From: a virus
Taxonomy: Duplodnaviria > Caudoviricetes
Direction: 5' to 3' (one strand)
IMG/VR virus record: IMGVR_UViG_3300008251_000023
Span: 1 to 28,754 of that record
DNA length: 28,754 nt
Shown here one piece after another: positions 1 through 9,025 of the stretch. The position numbers and the translations under genes are program-made. The notes under the pieces are model-generated. The model saw only the letters and a list, made by a program, of their open reading frames with translations, had not been told where the DNA came from and did not search any database. Position 1 is the first letter of the stretch; every line of letters starts with the position of its first letter.

Positions 1-313
1 CAATTAAAGGCATATCAACAACAACTGTTTCAACTGCATTTACTATACCACTACCTTGATTGTACCATATTGTTACAGCACCATTTGATGCACCCACAAA
101 ACTTAATAGCGTAGTAGTGTCAAGAGTATCATTTACGAAACCTATATCCATCTCAGTATTATCACTTGTACGCAAAACACGCATACAAGCACCAGTATAA
201 CCTGCTCGTAATTTTTGTAGTGAGAAACCAGATATCCCTACACCAAATTCATCAAAGAACAATTGCCCCGTAATTGATGAGTAACTACCATAAATGTTTA
301 TTTTCTTAGACAT
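1..313 (-). CDS. Virion-associated protein with arabinofuranosidase B (GH54) catalytic-like N-terminal domain, 3' truncated by window
   Basis: Not in ORF track; hand translation from ATG at 313: MSKKINIYGSYSSITGQLFFDEFGVGISGFSLQKLRAGYTGACMRVLRTSDNTEMDIGFVNDTLDTTTLLSFVGASNGAVTIWYNQGSG..., open to base 1; start overlaps upstream stop. Confidence 0.75.
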   Translation of the reverse strand, partial: MSKKINIYGSYSSITGQLFFDEFGVGISGFSLQKLRAGYTGACMRVLRTSDNTEMDIGFVNDTLDTTTLLSFVGASNGAVTIWYNQGSGIVNAVETVVVDMPLI

Positions 314-956
314 AAGTTCCTGTTAGTTTTTTCACTTCTGATACTATAGCAGTTGTTCTTTTTAAGTAATACAAAACAGCGTCTAGTAATTGGAATGGAG
401 CAACCAGTGGTATATAATTAATACCATCCGTACTGATCTCTAATCCACTATCGATTAATGTGTAGTCCCCGATATTATCAGAGTCACCTGTAACCTCAAT
501 TATATCATTAGTATCCAAATAATTTAATGTTAAAAACAGACTTTTTAGGCACAATCCTTCCTTTAAATCTTGATTTTGTTTACTACTTAAAGCATCCACG
601 TTCTGTTGATCGCTAAAATCTAAACAACCCAATATTAAATGTTTATCTTCTAAACTGTAATTTTTACACACTAAAGAACTTATTTCCTCAGGTGTATTTA
701 CAACTACATGAGTAGATTCTTCTTTACTTGCAGGATCAACTCCTCTAGAATCATAGTAATCAGTAACTTCTTTATTTGAAACATTTTCGCTATCAATATT
801 TAACTCTTGAGAAACATTGATGTTACTATTCAAATTTTGAAGTTCAGTATTGTTTTCTAAAACGTCAAATACAGATTCAATACTACCATGCTGTTTTAAA
901 GCAATATCAAAAATGGTTTGATTTGGTTTAACTAATATTTTATCTGTTTTACTCAT
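306..956 (-). CDS. LysM/gpX-like baseplate protein with C-terminal extension
   Basis: N-terminal VKPNQTIFDIALKQHGSIESVFDVLENN LysM-like motif; follows the wedge gene. Confidence 0.7.
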   Translation of the reverse strand: MSKTDKILVKPNQTIFDIALKQHGSIESVFDVLENNTELQNLNSNINVSQELNIDSENVSNKEVTDYYDSRGVDPASKEESTHVVVNTPEEISSLVCKNYSLEDKHLILGCLDFSDQQNVDALSSKQNQDLKEGLCLKSLFLTLNYLDTNDIIEVTGDSDNIGDYTLIDSGLEISTDGINYIPLVAPFQLLDAVLYYLKRTTAIVSEVKKLTGTYV

Positions 957-1245
957 AAATAGCTGCTACTTTTAAAGTGTCGTTATATGAAACTGTAATT
1001 TCTTTTGCACCATCAGACTCAAGCTGAAGGTTAATTTCTTTTTCTAATTTTTGGCGTGTTATTAATGAATTTGGAGCGTTTAAATAATCTTCAATTCCAA
1101 CACCAATTAAAGGGTGTTGTTTATAATGTCCTTTAGCAGATGTTAAAATATGTTCAACATGTTGCTGATCACTATTACCGATATGTAAATCACCATTTAA
1201 AACAGCTAACTCACCATTCTCATCTGTTAATATATCTTTAGCCAT
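949..1245 (-). CDS. Baseplate wedge/sheath initiator (gp25/Mu gp46-like)
   Basis: 98 aa; DILTDENGEL...GDLHIG...KGHYKQHPLIGVGI; follows the spike gene. Confidence 0.75.
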   Translation of the reverse strand: MAKDILTDENGELAVLNGDLHIGNSDQQHVEHILTSAKGHYKQHPLIGVGIEDYLNAPNSLITRQKLEKEINLQLESDGAKEITVSYNDTLKVAAIYE

Positions 1246-1768
1246 GTTTCACTTTTTCGTTTTCTAAACTTGCCTGTACAACATTCTGAAGAGTTGAAGT
1301 ACTCCAACTTGATAATATTGCTTTTAATCCTGCACCGCCATCTTGAGGAGCAGGAACCCATGATGCAATAAATTGTTTTAGTTGATTAATGTCTGATGAT
1401 AATTTATTAATTTCTTCAGTTACTTTTTCACTCTTTACGATTCCTCCAAAATCATCACCTGATAATTCAATCTCATCAATTAAAAATCTAATTTTATCGA
1501 CCTCACTGTACCCACAAACAAAACTTGACTCAGGGCGATTATTAATTAAACCTACCAAAACATAACTTCCAACTTTCGGAAGTATCAATATGCCTTTCTC
1601 CTGTTCATCAATAATAGATCTTAATCTAACATCTAACAAGTCTGGTGCATTTTGTAAGTCAATATCACAAATCATTTTAGTTTCATCAACTGATTTAATT
1701 TTACCAGTAACAACTTGAACTTTGATTTGATCTTTAACTAATGCCAATATGGTATCTTTTAAACTCAT
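1238..1768 (-). CDS. Baseplate spike (gpV/Mu gp45-like)
   Basis: OB-fold-like N-terminus with LPKVGSYVLVG; C-terminal KVKHG; follows the hub gene. Confidence 0.75.
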   Translation of the reverse strand: MSLKDTILALVKDQIKVQVVTGKIKSVDETKMICDIDLQNAPDLLDVRLRSIIDEQEKGILILPKVGSYVLVGLINNRPESSFVCGYSEVDKIRFLIDEIELSGDDFGGIVKSEKVTEEINKLSSDINQLKQFIASWVPAPQDGGAGLKAILSSWSTSTLQNVVQASLENEKVKHG

Positions 1769-2697
1769 ACTCTAGATCCTAATTTAATTTCTTGTCTATA
1801 TCCATCTAAACCAAAAGTAGATTTAACTTCATCTACCCAATATTTACCCACTTTATCACTTTCTTCACTATGTATTAATTCAACAATATCTCCATGGGCA
1901 ACAACAGGCACTCCAAATGCTGTAAAACTTCCACGCCAACCTTCATAAATCAATCGTTCTGATTCACGTTCTGCAGCTGCTTTTAATTCTGTTTTACTCA
2001 GATTGTAAAAGTTTAAACTTCTAGCTTCACCTTCAGGATCTCCAAGTTGAATTTCTGTTTTTGAGCCATCACTATTATTACTTATTGCAGTTACTTTAAT
2101 TTTAACCTGGTCTTTTTTCTTGTACTCCAAATTATCTTCTACCATGTTGTAGTCCAACTTGAACTTAGCATGGTTTGCAGTGTCAGGATTATATCTTCTA
2201 CCCACAACTAAAACATCATTTCTGAAGAATGAATGCATTCCAAAGTCTGACTTTATTTGTTCCAATAATTTTGCTCCACTTATTTTATCAATGTAATACG
2301 TACCCATTTCAATATCATAGGAATCTGTTTTATATGTAGAAAAATGCTTTTTCAATAATTTGTTTAGTGTTTGATTTCTGCCACTATCAATAATTGAATT
2401 TTGTTTTAGCTTCCACATTTCATCTTCGCAAGTAATTTCAATTGGTACTTTTGGTTTTATGTTTGTAATATACCCTGTAAAAACAGTGTTTAAATTATCA
2501 TTATAACCTATTTTAATAGTTACTTTCTCTCCATAACTAATGCTTTTAGCTAACTTATTATGATCAACTTTCACATTAGCAGGTAATGTAATTGTAGCCT
2601 TATCCGTTAACAGTTCCCACGAGCTTTCAATCTCAACATTACCAACCCAATTAAAAGTTAAAGTACCGATCAATATTTTACAAATTAACACTTCCAT
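1765..2697 (-). CDS. Baseplate hub (gpD/Mu gp44-like)
   Basis: 310 aa; IKIGY...FTGYI...CEDEMWKLK, GSFTAFG and C-terminal GYRQEIKLG motifs. Confidence 0.85.
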   Translation of the reverse strand: MEVLICKILIGTLTFNWVGNVEIESSWELLTDKATITLPANVKVDHNKLAKSISYGEKVTIKIGYNDNLNTVFTGYITNIKPKVPIEITCEDEMWKLKQNSIIDSGRNQTLNKLLKKHFSTYKTDSYDIEMGTYYIDKISGAKLLEQIKSDFGMHSFFRNDVLVVGRRYNPDTANHAKFKLDYNMVEDNLEYKKKDQVKIKVTAISNNSDGSKTEIQLGDPEGEARSLNFYNLSKTELKAAAERESERLIYEGWRGSFTAFGVPVVAHGDIVELIHSEESDKVGKYWVDEVKSTFGLDGYRQEIKLGSRV

Positions 2698-3320
2698 TAC
2701 TCCTCTATTCTTAATTCAATTGGTGTTTCACTTATTGCATTAAAACTATAACGCTGCACATTAATTAACGGTGAATTTGGAAGGTCATAATCCATAATCA
2801 CTAATTCATAAATCCCTAACATATTTAAAACCTCATGAACGACTTTTATACTACTTTTAGCCACCATAAACTTTGTAAATTCCTTTACACTTTCTTTAGG
2901 ATAGCCAATACCATTTTTACAAATAATACCACTAACGCTAATATCATAATCACCGTTATTAATAAATTCTTTTACTGTGGAATCCCTTCCTTGCACTTCA
3001 GTAACAACTATATTTTTACTTCTTGAAATAGATACAATTGCACTTTCTAATAAGTAGTCTGCTGGAGTTGTTTCCAACTCTTCAAACAATAAAGGCATGT
3101 AGATCGGCAAACCATCAAAGTGATTTGACTTACTATAAGTACCAATTTCAGAATAATCATATATTTCAGAAGCTTCTGAAGTGGCCGTTTGTAAAGCCGT
3201 TTGATATTCTATTTCATTCTCTGTAGTGACCAGGGTATTAATAGCACTCCCCAATCTCGGAGAATAACCACGTATTCCTACTAGTCCTAACAATTCTGGT
3301 ATAGTATATTCTTTTGCCAT
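2697..3320 (-). CDS. Tail tube initiator-like protein (DUF6046-like)
   Basis: KNIVVTEVQGRDSTVKEFINNGDYDISVSG motif; between tape measure and hub. Confidence 0.75.
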   Translation of the reverse strand: MAKEYTIPELLGLVGIRGYSPRLGSAINTLVTTENEIEYQTALQTATSEASEIYDYSEIGTYSKSNHFDGLPIYMPLLFEELETTPADYLLESAIVSISRSKNIVVTEVQGRDSTVKEFINNGDYDISVSGIICKNGIGYPKESVKEFTKFMVAKSSIKVVHEVLNMLGIYELVIMDYDLPNSPLINVQRYSFNAISETPIELRIEE

Positions 3321-5338
3321 TATCCTATTGCTACTTCAAAATCTCTAACCGCACCAACTAAGGCTTCAGTTATTTGATCTTTTATTTTTGATTTAGATTG
3401 GTTCATATTACCAACCTGTATATTTATGTTTTTTACTAAATTTTCAATCTTAGTATTAATTTCTTTTTTCTCTGCAGAAGCAAAGCCTGCTCCTTTTGAT
3501 TTACCACCTGTGCTTTTTGATCCTCCTGTAGAACCAGTTCCACCAAATGGCATTCCTGCATATTGTGTGTTTGATTTAGTTGTAGATCCTCCAGTAAGTT
3601 GATCTGTGATTTTATCAGTGTTAACAGCATCATCATCCCAACTTAACTTCCACTCTGCAGTGTCCACTATTTTCTTTTGTGCTTTAGCCTGTTCTAATGC
3701 TAGATCTCTCTCTTCATTATCACGACTTACCATATCTTTATTAATCTGAGTGATTGCTATGGTATTTTCATCATCTCCAAACCCTAGGAAGTCTTTAAAT
3801 TCAAACCAAGCTAATTTCATCATGTCAATTACATTAAGAAATGAATTCCTAATAGATACCCAAACCAGTTCAAAGGAAATTTTCATCCCATCCCATATAG
3901 CTGCCAAAGTATCTTTTAAGTTTTGCCATTGCTCTTTCCAACCATTAGTTTTAGCAATAACATAAGTTATACCTGCAACCACTGCTGCAATAGCAGTAAT
4001 AATTAAACCAATTGGATTTGCATTTAAAGCAACATTCCAAGCCCATTGTGCTGCAGTAGCTATTCCAGTCCAAACTGACTTTAATTGTTGAGTCACAATC
4101 ATTCTATTTTCTGCAACTCTCATAAAATTTATGGCAGTTGTTACAGCTTGAATTGCAGGAACTATTGTACTTAAACTTTTTAAAGCTCCGAACCCCATTT
4201 CCATAAATGGTAAAAACGAACCAGTTGCATTTGATATACCTACTTTAACATCATCAAACCAAGCGTGAATACGTGATAGCTTTTCAGCTTTAGTATTCAT
4301 TATTACATTAGCCTGTTCATCTGCAGTATTAGTTCCTGTAATGGCAATGGTCATTTTGTCCTGAGCATCTGCACTATTAATTAATGCTTCAGCTGCTAAC
4401 TTATTCTCTTTACCAAATAACTTAGATAATAATGCGGCATCTGATTGTATTGGCTTTAACAACCTCAATCTATCTGTAAAACTCAACGTTTTATCTGATA
4501 AGCCTTTAATGTCAATTCCTGCACCTCTTAATTCTGCTTGAACATCTTTTGGTAAAAAACGACCTTGATTTAAAGATGATAATACATTACGCAACGCAAC
4601 ACCACCTTCAGCTCCTTTTTTTCCAACCTTATCCAATGATTCAATTGCACTCACCATTCCTGCAAATTCAACATGAGATGACTTAGCATCACCACCAACA
4701 TTGGCAATTGCTTGCTGTAATTGTGGTAACTCTGCAGAACCTGCTTTAGCTCCACCTGCCATGATATTCATGAACTCATTCATTTTAGCTTGCGCTTCAA
4801 TAGGATTATCCATTGAAACACCATACTGATTCATAGCAGTAGTTAATACGCCAACTGCTGCAGTTGTATCACCGCCCATTGTTTTGGAAAGGATAGATAC
4901 ATTATCTGCCATTCCTCCCAATAGATCGGGATATTTAGCTAAGTCTGGACTAAGTTGTGAAAGTAGTAATTTGTAAGTTTCGACAGATTTGGAAGCATCA
5001 CCTCCAAACGTTTTAGCATTTTTACGAGCTTTATCCCCAAGTGCATCAAGATCCTTTCCAACAATACCAGTAATAGCAGATAAATCAGCCATACTAGATT
5101 CAAACTTTATTCCTGGTCCATTAATTTCGGACAAGGTGTTTTTTAAATTGTCAAACCCTTGAGTAATTGAAACAATATTAATAGATTTTAAGCTATTAGA
5201 TATACCTTTAAATGCTGATTTAGTACCTTTTTCAATTACATCTACTTTAGTGTTTAACACACCAAATTCTTTTTGTAACTGCTTTAAAACACCTAAAGCA
5301 TCACCAGTTAAATCAATATGTATATCTGCTCCTCCCAC
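3320..5338 (-). CDS. Tail tape measure protein (TP901-family core), GTG start
   Basis: 672 aa Ala/Gly-rich; FESSMADLSAITG, GAEGGVALRNVL, WAWNVALNANPIGLII motifs. Confidence 0.95.
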   Translation of the reverse strand: MGGADIHIDLTGDALGVLKQLQKEFGVLNTKVDVIEKGTKSAFKGISNSLKSINIVSITQGFDNLKNTLSEINGPGIKFESSMADLSAITGIVGKDLDALGDKARKNAKTFGGDASKSVETYKLLLSQLSPDLAKYPDLLGGMADNVSILSKTMGGDTTAAVGVLTTAMNQYGVSMDNPIEAQAKMNEFMNIMAGGAKAGSAELPQLQQAIANVGGDAKSSHVEFAGMVSAIESLDKVGKKGAEGGVALRNVLSSLNQGRFLPKDVQAELRGAGIDIKGLSDKTLSFTDRLRLLKPIQSDAALLSKLFGKENKLAAEALINSADAQDKMTIAITGTNTADEQANVIMNTKAEKLSRIHAWFDDVKVGISNATGSFLPFMEMGFGALKSLSTIVPAIQAVTTAINFMRVAENRMIVTQQLKSVWTGIATAAQWAWNVALNANPIGLIITAIAAVVAGITYVIAKTNGWKEQWQNLKDTLAAIWDGMKISFELVWVSIRNSFLNVIDMMKLAWFEFKDFLGFGDDENTIAITQINKDMVSRDNEERDLALEQAKAQKKIVDTAEWKLSWDDDAVNTDKITDQLTGGSTTKSNTQYAGMPFGGTGSTGGSKSTGGKSKGAGFASAEKKEINTKIENLVKNINIQVGNMNQSKSKIKDQITEALVGAVRDFEVAIG

Positions 5339-5347
5339 TAAATTGAA

Positions 5348-5569
5348 TTATGTTTGTTCTCCGAATGCTTTTCCTAATGCTGAGTAAATTGAGTTTTCAA
5401 ATAACTCTGCATCAAATTTTTTAAGCCAAATGGCTTCAGAGAAAAGCTCAGCGAATTTATCATCAGTTAAAGAATAAGGATCAACCTTAAACGTACTTCT
5501 AATAAGTGCTGCAGCTTTTCTCAAATTATCGACTCCAGTTTCTGTGTCGATTAAACTGAAGTCTATAGC
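5348..5569 (-). CDS. -1 frame extension (gpT-like) of the tail assembly chaperone
   Basis: 73 open codons with no ATG (AIDFSLIDTETGVDNLRKAAALIRSTFKVDPYSLTDDKFAELFSEAIWLKK...GEQT*), entered from A AAA AAG at 5575-5569. Confidence 0.85.
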   Translation of the reverse strand, partial: AIDFSLIDTETGVDNLRKAAALIRSTFKVDPYSLTDDKFAELFSEAIWLKKFDAELFENSIYSALGKAFGEQT

Positions 5570-5877
5570 TTTTTTATCTTAGCCTCTCTTACTTTAAATA
5601 AAGCAACTATCTGTTTTGATGCACTAATTTGAGCTTCCTCACTATCCTTAAGTTCATCATCTCCACCTAACCAACACCCGTTAAATAAAATAGTTAATGC
5701 CTTTAAAGGAGCTGATTCCATAAACTTCTGTACAGGCCCCATAATTTGTAAGGTTGGCTTTTTAAAATAGCCTACACCTACATTTCCTTTATCATCTAAT
5801 GGTACATCCACTTGAAAAACGTCTTCATGACGATCTTTCCATTGTTTGATTTGCGCTTCTGTTACTTTTTTTGACAT
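5563..5877 (-). CDS. Tail assembly chaperone (gpG-like); start moved to the ATG at 5877
   Basis: MSKKVTEAQIKQWK...GYFKKP...NGCWLGGD; between tube and tape measure; ends in slippery ATA AAA AAG CTA TAG. Confidence 0.85.
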   Translation of the reverse strand: MSKKVTEAQIKQWKDRHEDVFQVDVPLDDKGNVGVGYFKKPTLQIMGPVQKFMESAPLKALTILFNGCWLGGDDELKDSEEAQISASKQIVALFKVREAKIKKL

Positions 5878-5894
5878 TTCTTTAATGTTATAAA

Positions 5895-6320
5895 TTAATC
5901 CCAATCAATATGAGAGGTAATTAATTCTAATTCAACTTCAATTACTGTATCTCCTTGTTTAATTTCTCTTTTATTCATTGTGAATTCACAATTACGAATA
6001 ACATGAGTAATTAAGCCATCACTTCCAACTGGCATAAACACAACAGTCACATCAAACATTGGAACATCAGTAAGTCGTTTACCTTTTCCTAATGCTTTTG
6101 TAATGGCATCTATTTCATAAGCATGAAGTGCGATTTTTGCACCCGCTTCATATTTTCCACGCCCTCTCGAAACTGGAAAAACTCCTGCTCCATAATTGTT
6201 GACTTTATCTTGCTTGTCATCATAGCCTACTGAAGTAATTCCTGAAATAGTTCTGCCAAGTAAATTCACTTTTACATCAGCCCAACTATGTCTTACTCCA
6301 TTTATTAATGGTTCACTCAT
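5895..6320 (-). CDS. Tail tube protein
   Basis: 141 aa; INGVRHSWADV, NNYGAGVFPVSRGRG; directly after sheath. Confidence 0.85.
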   Translation of the reverse strand: MSEPLINGVRHSWADVKVNLLGRTISGITSVGYDDKQDKVNNYGAGVFPVSRGRGKYEAGAKIALHAYEIDAITKALGKGKRLTDVPMFDVTVVFMPVGSDGLITHVIRNCEFTMNKREIKQGDTVIEVELELITSHIDWD

Positions 6321-6332
6321 TTGATAATGGTA

Positions 6333-7529
6333 TTAGAATGGATTTGTAAATCCAATGGTTACACTTATTTGTCTAGCTGTTCCTGTTGGAACTAATGAAA
6401 ACTGAACTTTGAGATCTGAGGTTGATAAAATATTTTGATCAGGATCAACAAACACATCTAATGCACTTATTTCATCATTCTTCAACATACTCTCTAATGC
6501 CCTACGTCCGTCATTCTCATAACTCTTAATTACTTCAGGACTTAATTTACCCGTATCAGAATCAACTAATACTGGAGAGTTAAGTCTTGGTAATAGAATA
6601 GATCTGATTGCTCTAACTGCTTTATGAATAGTCCTATTGTTTTCGATATAAGCGTAATCATCAGTAATAGCTATACATGTATGGCTATCATTAAAATAGA
6701 TTCCAGATCTACCAATATGCGTTTTAAAGAATATTGCTCCAGTATCATTCATTGTTTCTAATGTACTATCAGAGACAGAGTTTATAGCTACACCTGAAAT
6801 CCCTACAGATAATAAAGAGCCTCCGTATAAATTGAATTTTTCAACCCAAGCAATGTTTTGATTTACTGCAGCTTTTGAAATTGCACCAAGTGCAGTTCCA
6901 ATGGCAGCATATTTTTGATAGTATTTTACAGATTCAATTTCTCTATTTGCAACTTCTAAAGATTGACCTACCATTACTGATACACCTTTTGAATTTAAAC
7001 TTCTAAAGTCAAGTGGGGTTGTTTGATCAAACCCTGACCCTTCTAAAATTACTTCAACTGGTCTATGTAATGTGTATTCAGAATCAACTAAAGCCTGCGC
7101 CTTAGCAATAGCAATAGTAAGATCTACAAAACCAATATCTTCAAGTGTAACGTCAAATGAAACACCTAATTGTTTGATTTTTCCTTCAGCTTCAATTAAT
7201 AACTTTTTAGCATAACCTGCATTTAAAGGGTCGACCATTGTAGAAATTTCAACAGTTTTATCAACTACTAAAACGTGCAAATCACCATCAGGATTAACCC
7301 TAAAAAATTCATTAATATGTTCAAAAACTAAAATTTTATTAGTTTCATCATAAGCTTCATTAATACCTAATAAAGTAGCATCTTTAACACTTTTTAAACG
7401 GTAAACAATATCTAGCTGTAAGCCAGCAACTACTGCAACACCTTGAGTTAATAATCCACTGATCATGTCTCCAGATGGATTCTTTCTCGCCAAACCTCCG
7501 TTGGTTTTATCTATAACAATGTCATTCAT
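6333..7529 (-). CDS. Tail sheath protein (DUF2586-like)
   Basis: 398 aa; GIYFNDSHTC...DYAYIENNRTIHKAVR and DPDQNILST...VPTGTARQISVTIGF. Confidence 0.9.
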   Translation of the reverse strand: MNDIVIDKTNGGLARKNPSGDMISGLLTQGVAVVAGLQLDIVYRLKSVKDATLLGINEAYDETNKILVFEHINEFFRVNPDGDLHVLVVDKTVEISTMVDPLNAGYAKKLLIEAEGKIKQLGVSFDVTLEDIGFVDLTIAIAKAQALVDSEYTLHRPVEVILEGSGFDQTTPLDFRSLNSKGVSVMVGQSLEVANREIESVKYYQKYAAIGTALGAISKAAVNQNIAWVEKFNLYGGSLLSVGISGVAINSVSDSTLETMNDTGAIFFKTHIGRSGIYFNDSHTCIAITDDYAYIENNRTIHKAVRAIRSILLPRLNSPVLVDSDTGKLSPEVIKSYENDGRRALESMLKNDEISALDVFVDPDQNILSTSDLKVQFSLVPTGTARQISVTIGFTNPF

Positions 7530-7888
7530 TAGGCTTCCTCCGTTTCTGTTAATGCCAATTCTAATTCAGCAATTAAATTATCTTTTGACTCCTCAATTAA
7601 TTCAATACCTTTTTCAGTAGCAAATTCTTTAATTTCATCAATAGTCATTTCGGTAAAATTTGCTGTTGTAGCAGATTCAACTTCTACAACTACTTCTAGT
7701 TCTTCAATTTCTTGACCTCTTTTTACAGTTTCAACTTTACCACCATTTCTAGCAGCATGATCTTTTGCTAAGTTTTTAGCAGACTTTAAGAAAATAACAT
7801 TATCAGTTGTTACCAATAACTCATTTTCATCTTTGTGAAACTTGAAAGCTTCAGTTATTAATCCAATTACTTTTTTACTTTTTTTCAT
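7529..7888 (-). CDS. Hypothetical protein with C-terminal HeH/Rho-N-like helical motif
   Basis: Acidic C-terminus MTIDEIKEFATEKGIEL...KDNLIAEL; coupled to sheath start. Confidence 0.6.
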   Translation of the reverse strand: MKKSKKVIGLITEAFKFHKDENELLVTTDNVIFLKSAKNLAKDHAARNGGKVETVKRGQEIEELEVVVEVESATTANFTEMTIDEIKEFATEKGIELIEESKDNLIAELELALTETEEA

Positions 7889-7889
7889 A

Positions 7890-8333
7890 CTAGTTGATTT
7901 TACGATTTCGTTTTTTTATAAATGATAAATCAATATTTTTTGTTACTGTTTTAGCTACTTTTTCAACACTACGGCCAACAACATAACCGCCAATACCTAA
8001 TTGGAGTAACTCCCAAAAGTCAGGTTCAAGTTCAGTACTTGGTAATTGAAACGCTGGAGCAATAAATTTGGCGTAAACCACGATAAAAGCAAACATTAGC
8101 ATTACAATTGGTCTCCAATTTCTTTGAAGTTTAGTTCCTTTTAATTCTGCAACTAATACATCACGTTGGTAACTTGCAACCTCATTTAAACCATCTAAAA
8201 CAATTTTAGATATTTCAGCTTTTGCTTTTAGTTTCTCCTGGTCACTTGTAGCTAAATTATCAATAGCATTACCAACACTATCAGTCAATTCTTTAGCACT
8301 TCCTTTTAAAAATTTGGATAAAAAACCGTTCAT
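7890..8333 (-). CDS. Holin (GTA-type 3TM family)
   Basis: TSDQEKLKAK, LQRNWRPIVM and LGIGGYVVGRSVEK motifs; next to amidase. Confidence 0.85.
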   Translation of the reverse strand: MNGFLSKFLKGSAKELTDSVGNAIDNLATSDQEKLKAKAEISKIVLDGLNEVASYQRDVLVAELKGTKLQRNWRPIVMLMFAFIVVYAKFIAPAFQLPSTELEPDFWELLQLGIGGYVVGRSVEKVAKTVTKNIDLSFIKKRNRKIN

Positions 8334-8337
8334 ATAG

Positions 8338-8757
8338 CTATATTTTAATTTCTTTTAAAAATTGTTTTACATCAAAACTTGGACACGATTTTTTAACACC
8401 TTCAAAGTCTCTATGACCAAGTATATCAGCATCAGGAAACACAGCATGAAAAGCTTTAACCAATCCAACCATTGCATCATATTGTTGCATTGTACGTGTG
8501 TCCTTTGATTTTCCATTTTTATCTACACCTCCGATATAACTAATATTAATACTTGTTGAATTGTGACCTCTAACACCATTAGAAGCTTTATCTAATGGTT
8601 GTAATTGGGTAACATTTCCGAATACATCAATAATAAAATGATAACCTGGATTAATCCATCCTTTTCTTTCTTTCCAATACCTTACAATAGAAGACACTTT
8701 AGTATCTTTAGATGTGGCGGTGCAATGAAGTACAATATGTTTGATCGCTCTTTTCAC
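8338..8757 (-). CDS. Endolysin, N-acetylmuramoyl-L-alanine amidase (T7 lysozyme-like)
   Basis: IVLHCTA, GYHFII, GHN..SINISYIGG, GHRDF...KSCPSFDV zinc amidase motifs. Confidence 0.95.
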   Translation of the reverse strand: MKRAIKHIVLHCTATSKDTKVSSIVRYWKERKGWINPGYHFIIDVFGNVTQLQPLDKASNGVRGHNSTSINISYIGGVDKNGKSKDTRTMQQYDAMVGLVKAFHAVFPDADILGHRDFEGVKKSCPSFDVKQFLKEIKI

Positions 8758-9005
8758 TTTTTTATTTCAATTTGTCTAACTCGCTTTGATAACTCGTTTA
8801 AGCGTTGATCTTGCTCGTTGTTTTTTTCCGTTTCGTTGGCTATTTCTGTCTTGTGAATTGAAGACTGTACAGTTAATTCTCCTACTGCAGTAACTAAGGC
8901 ATCTAGTCGGCCAACTAATTGTTTAAGGCTTGCTTTGGCAACCATTGTTAAAACGGTTGCCAAAACTGAAACCAAACCTGTTAGCACCCATAATTGAGTC
9001 TCCAT
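8754..9005 (-). CDS. Small membrane protein (one TM plus coiled coil), possible holin/antiholin
   Basis: N-terminal hydrophobic helix, then heptad-like polar tail; first gene of lysis cassette. Confidence 0.55.
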   Translation of the reverse strand: METQLWVLTGLVSVLATVLTMVAKASLKQLVGRLDALVTAVGELTVQSSIHKTEIANETEKNNEQDQRLNELSKRVRQIEIKK

Positions 9006-9025
9006 ATCTTAATAGTTAGTTAAGA

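Noticed and set aside
2835-3965. Short ORFs 2835-3026, 3038-3226, 3436-3636 and 3750-3965
   Set aside because: Antisense or out-of-frame shadows of tail genes with no recognisable motifs
5878-5904. Chaperone start at 5904 from the ORF track
   Set aside because: Overlaps the tube gene; the ATG at 5877 has an A-rich leader and gives a more typical N-terminus
8605-8808. + strand ORF over the amidase as a nested lysis gene
   Set aside because: Wrong strand for the operon and no lipobox or TM segment
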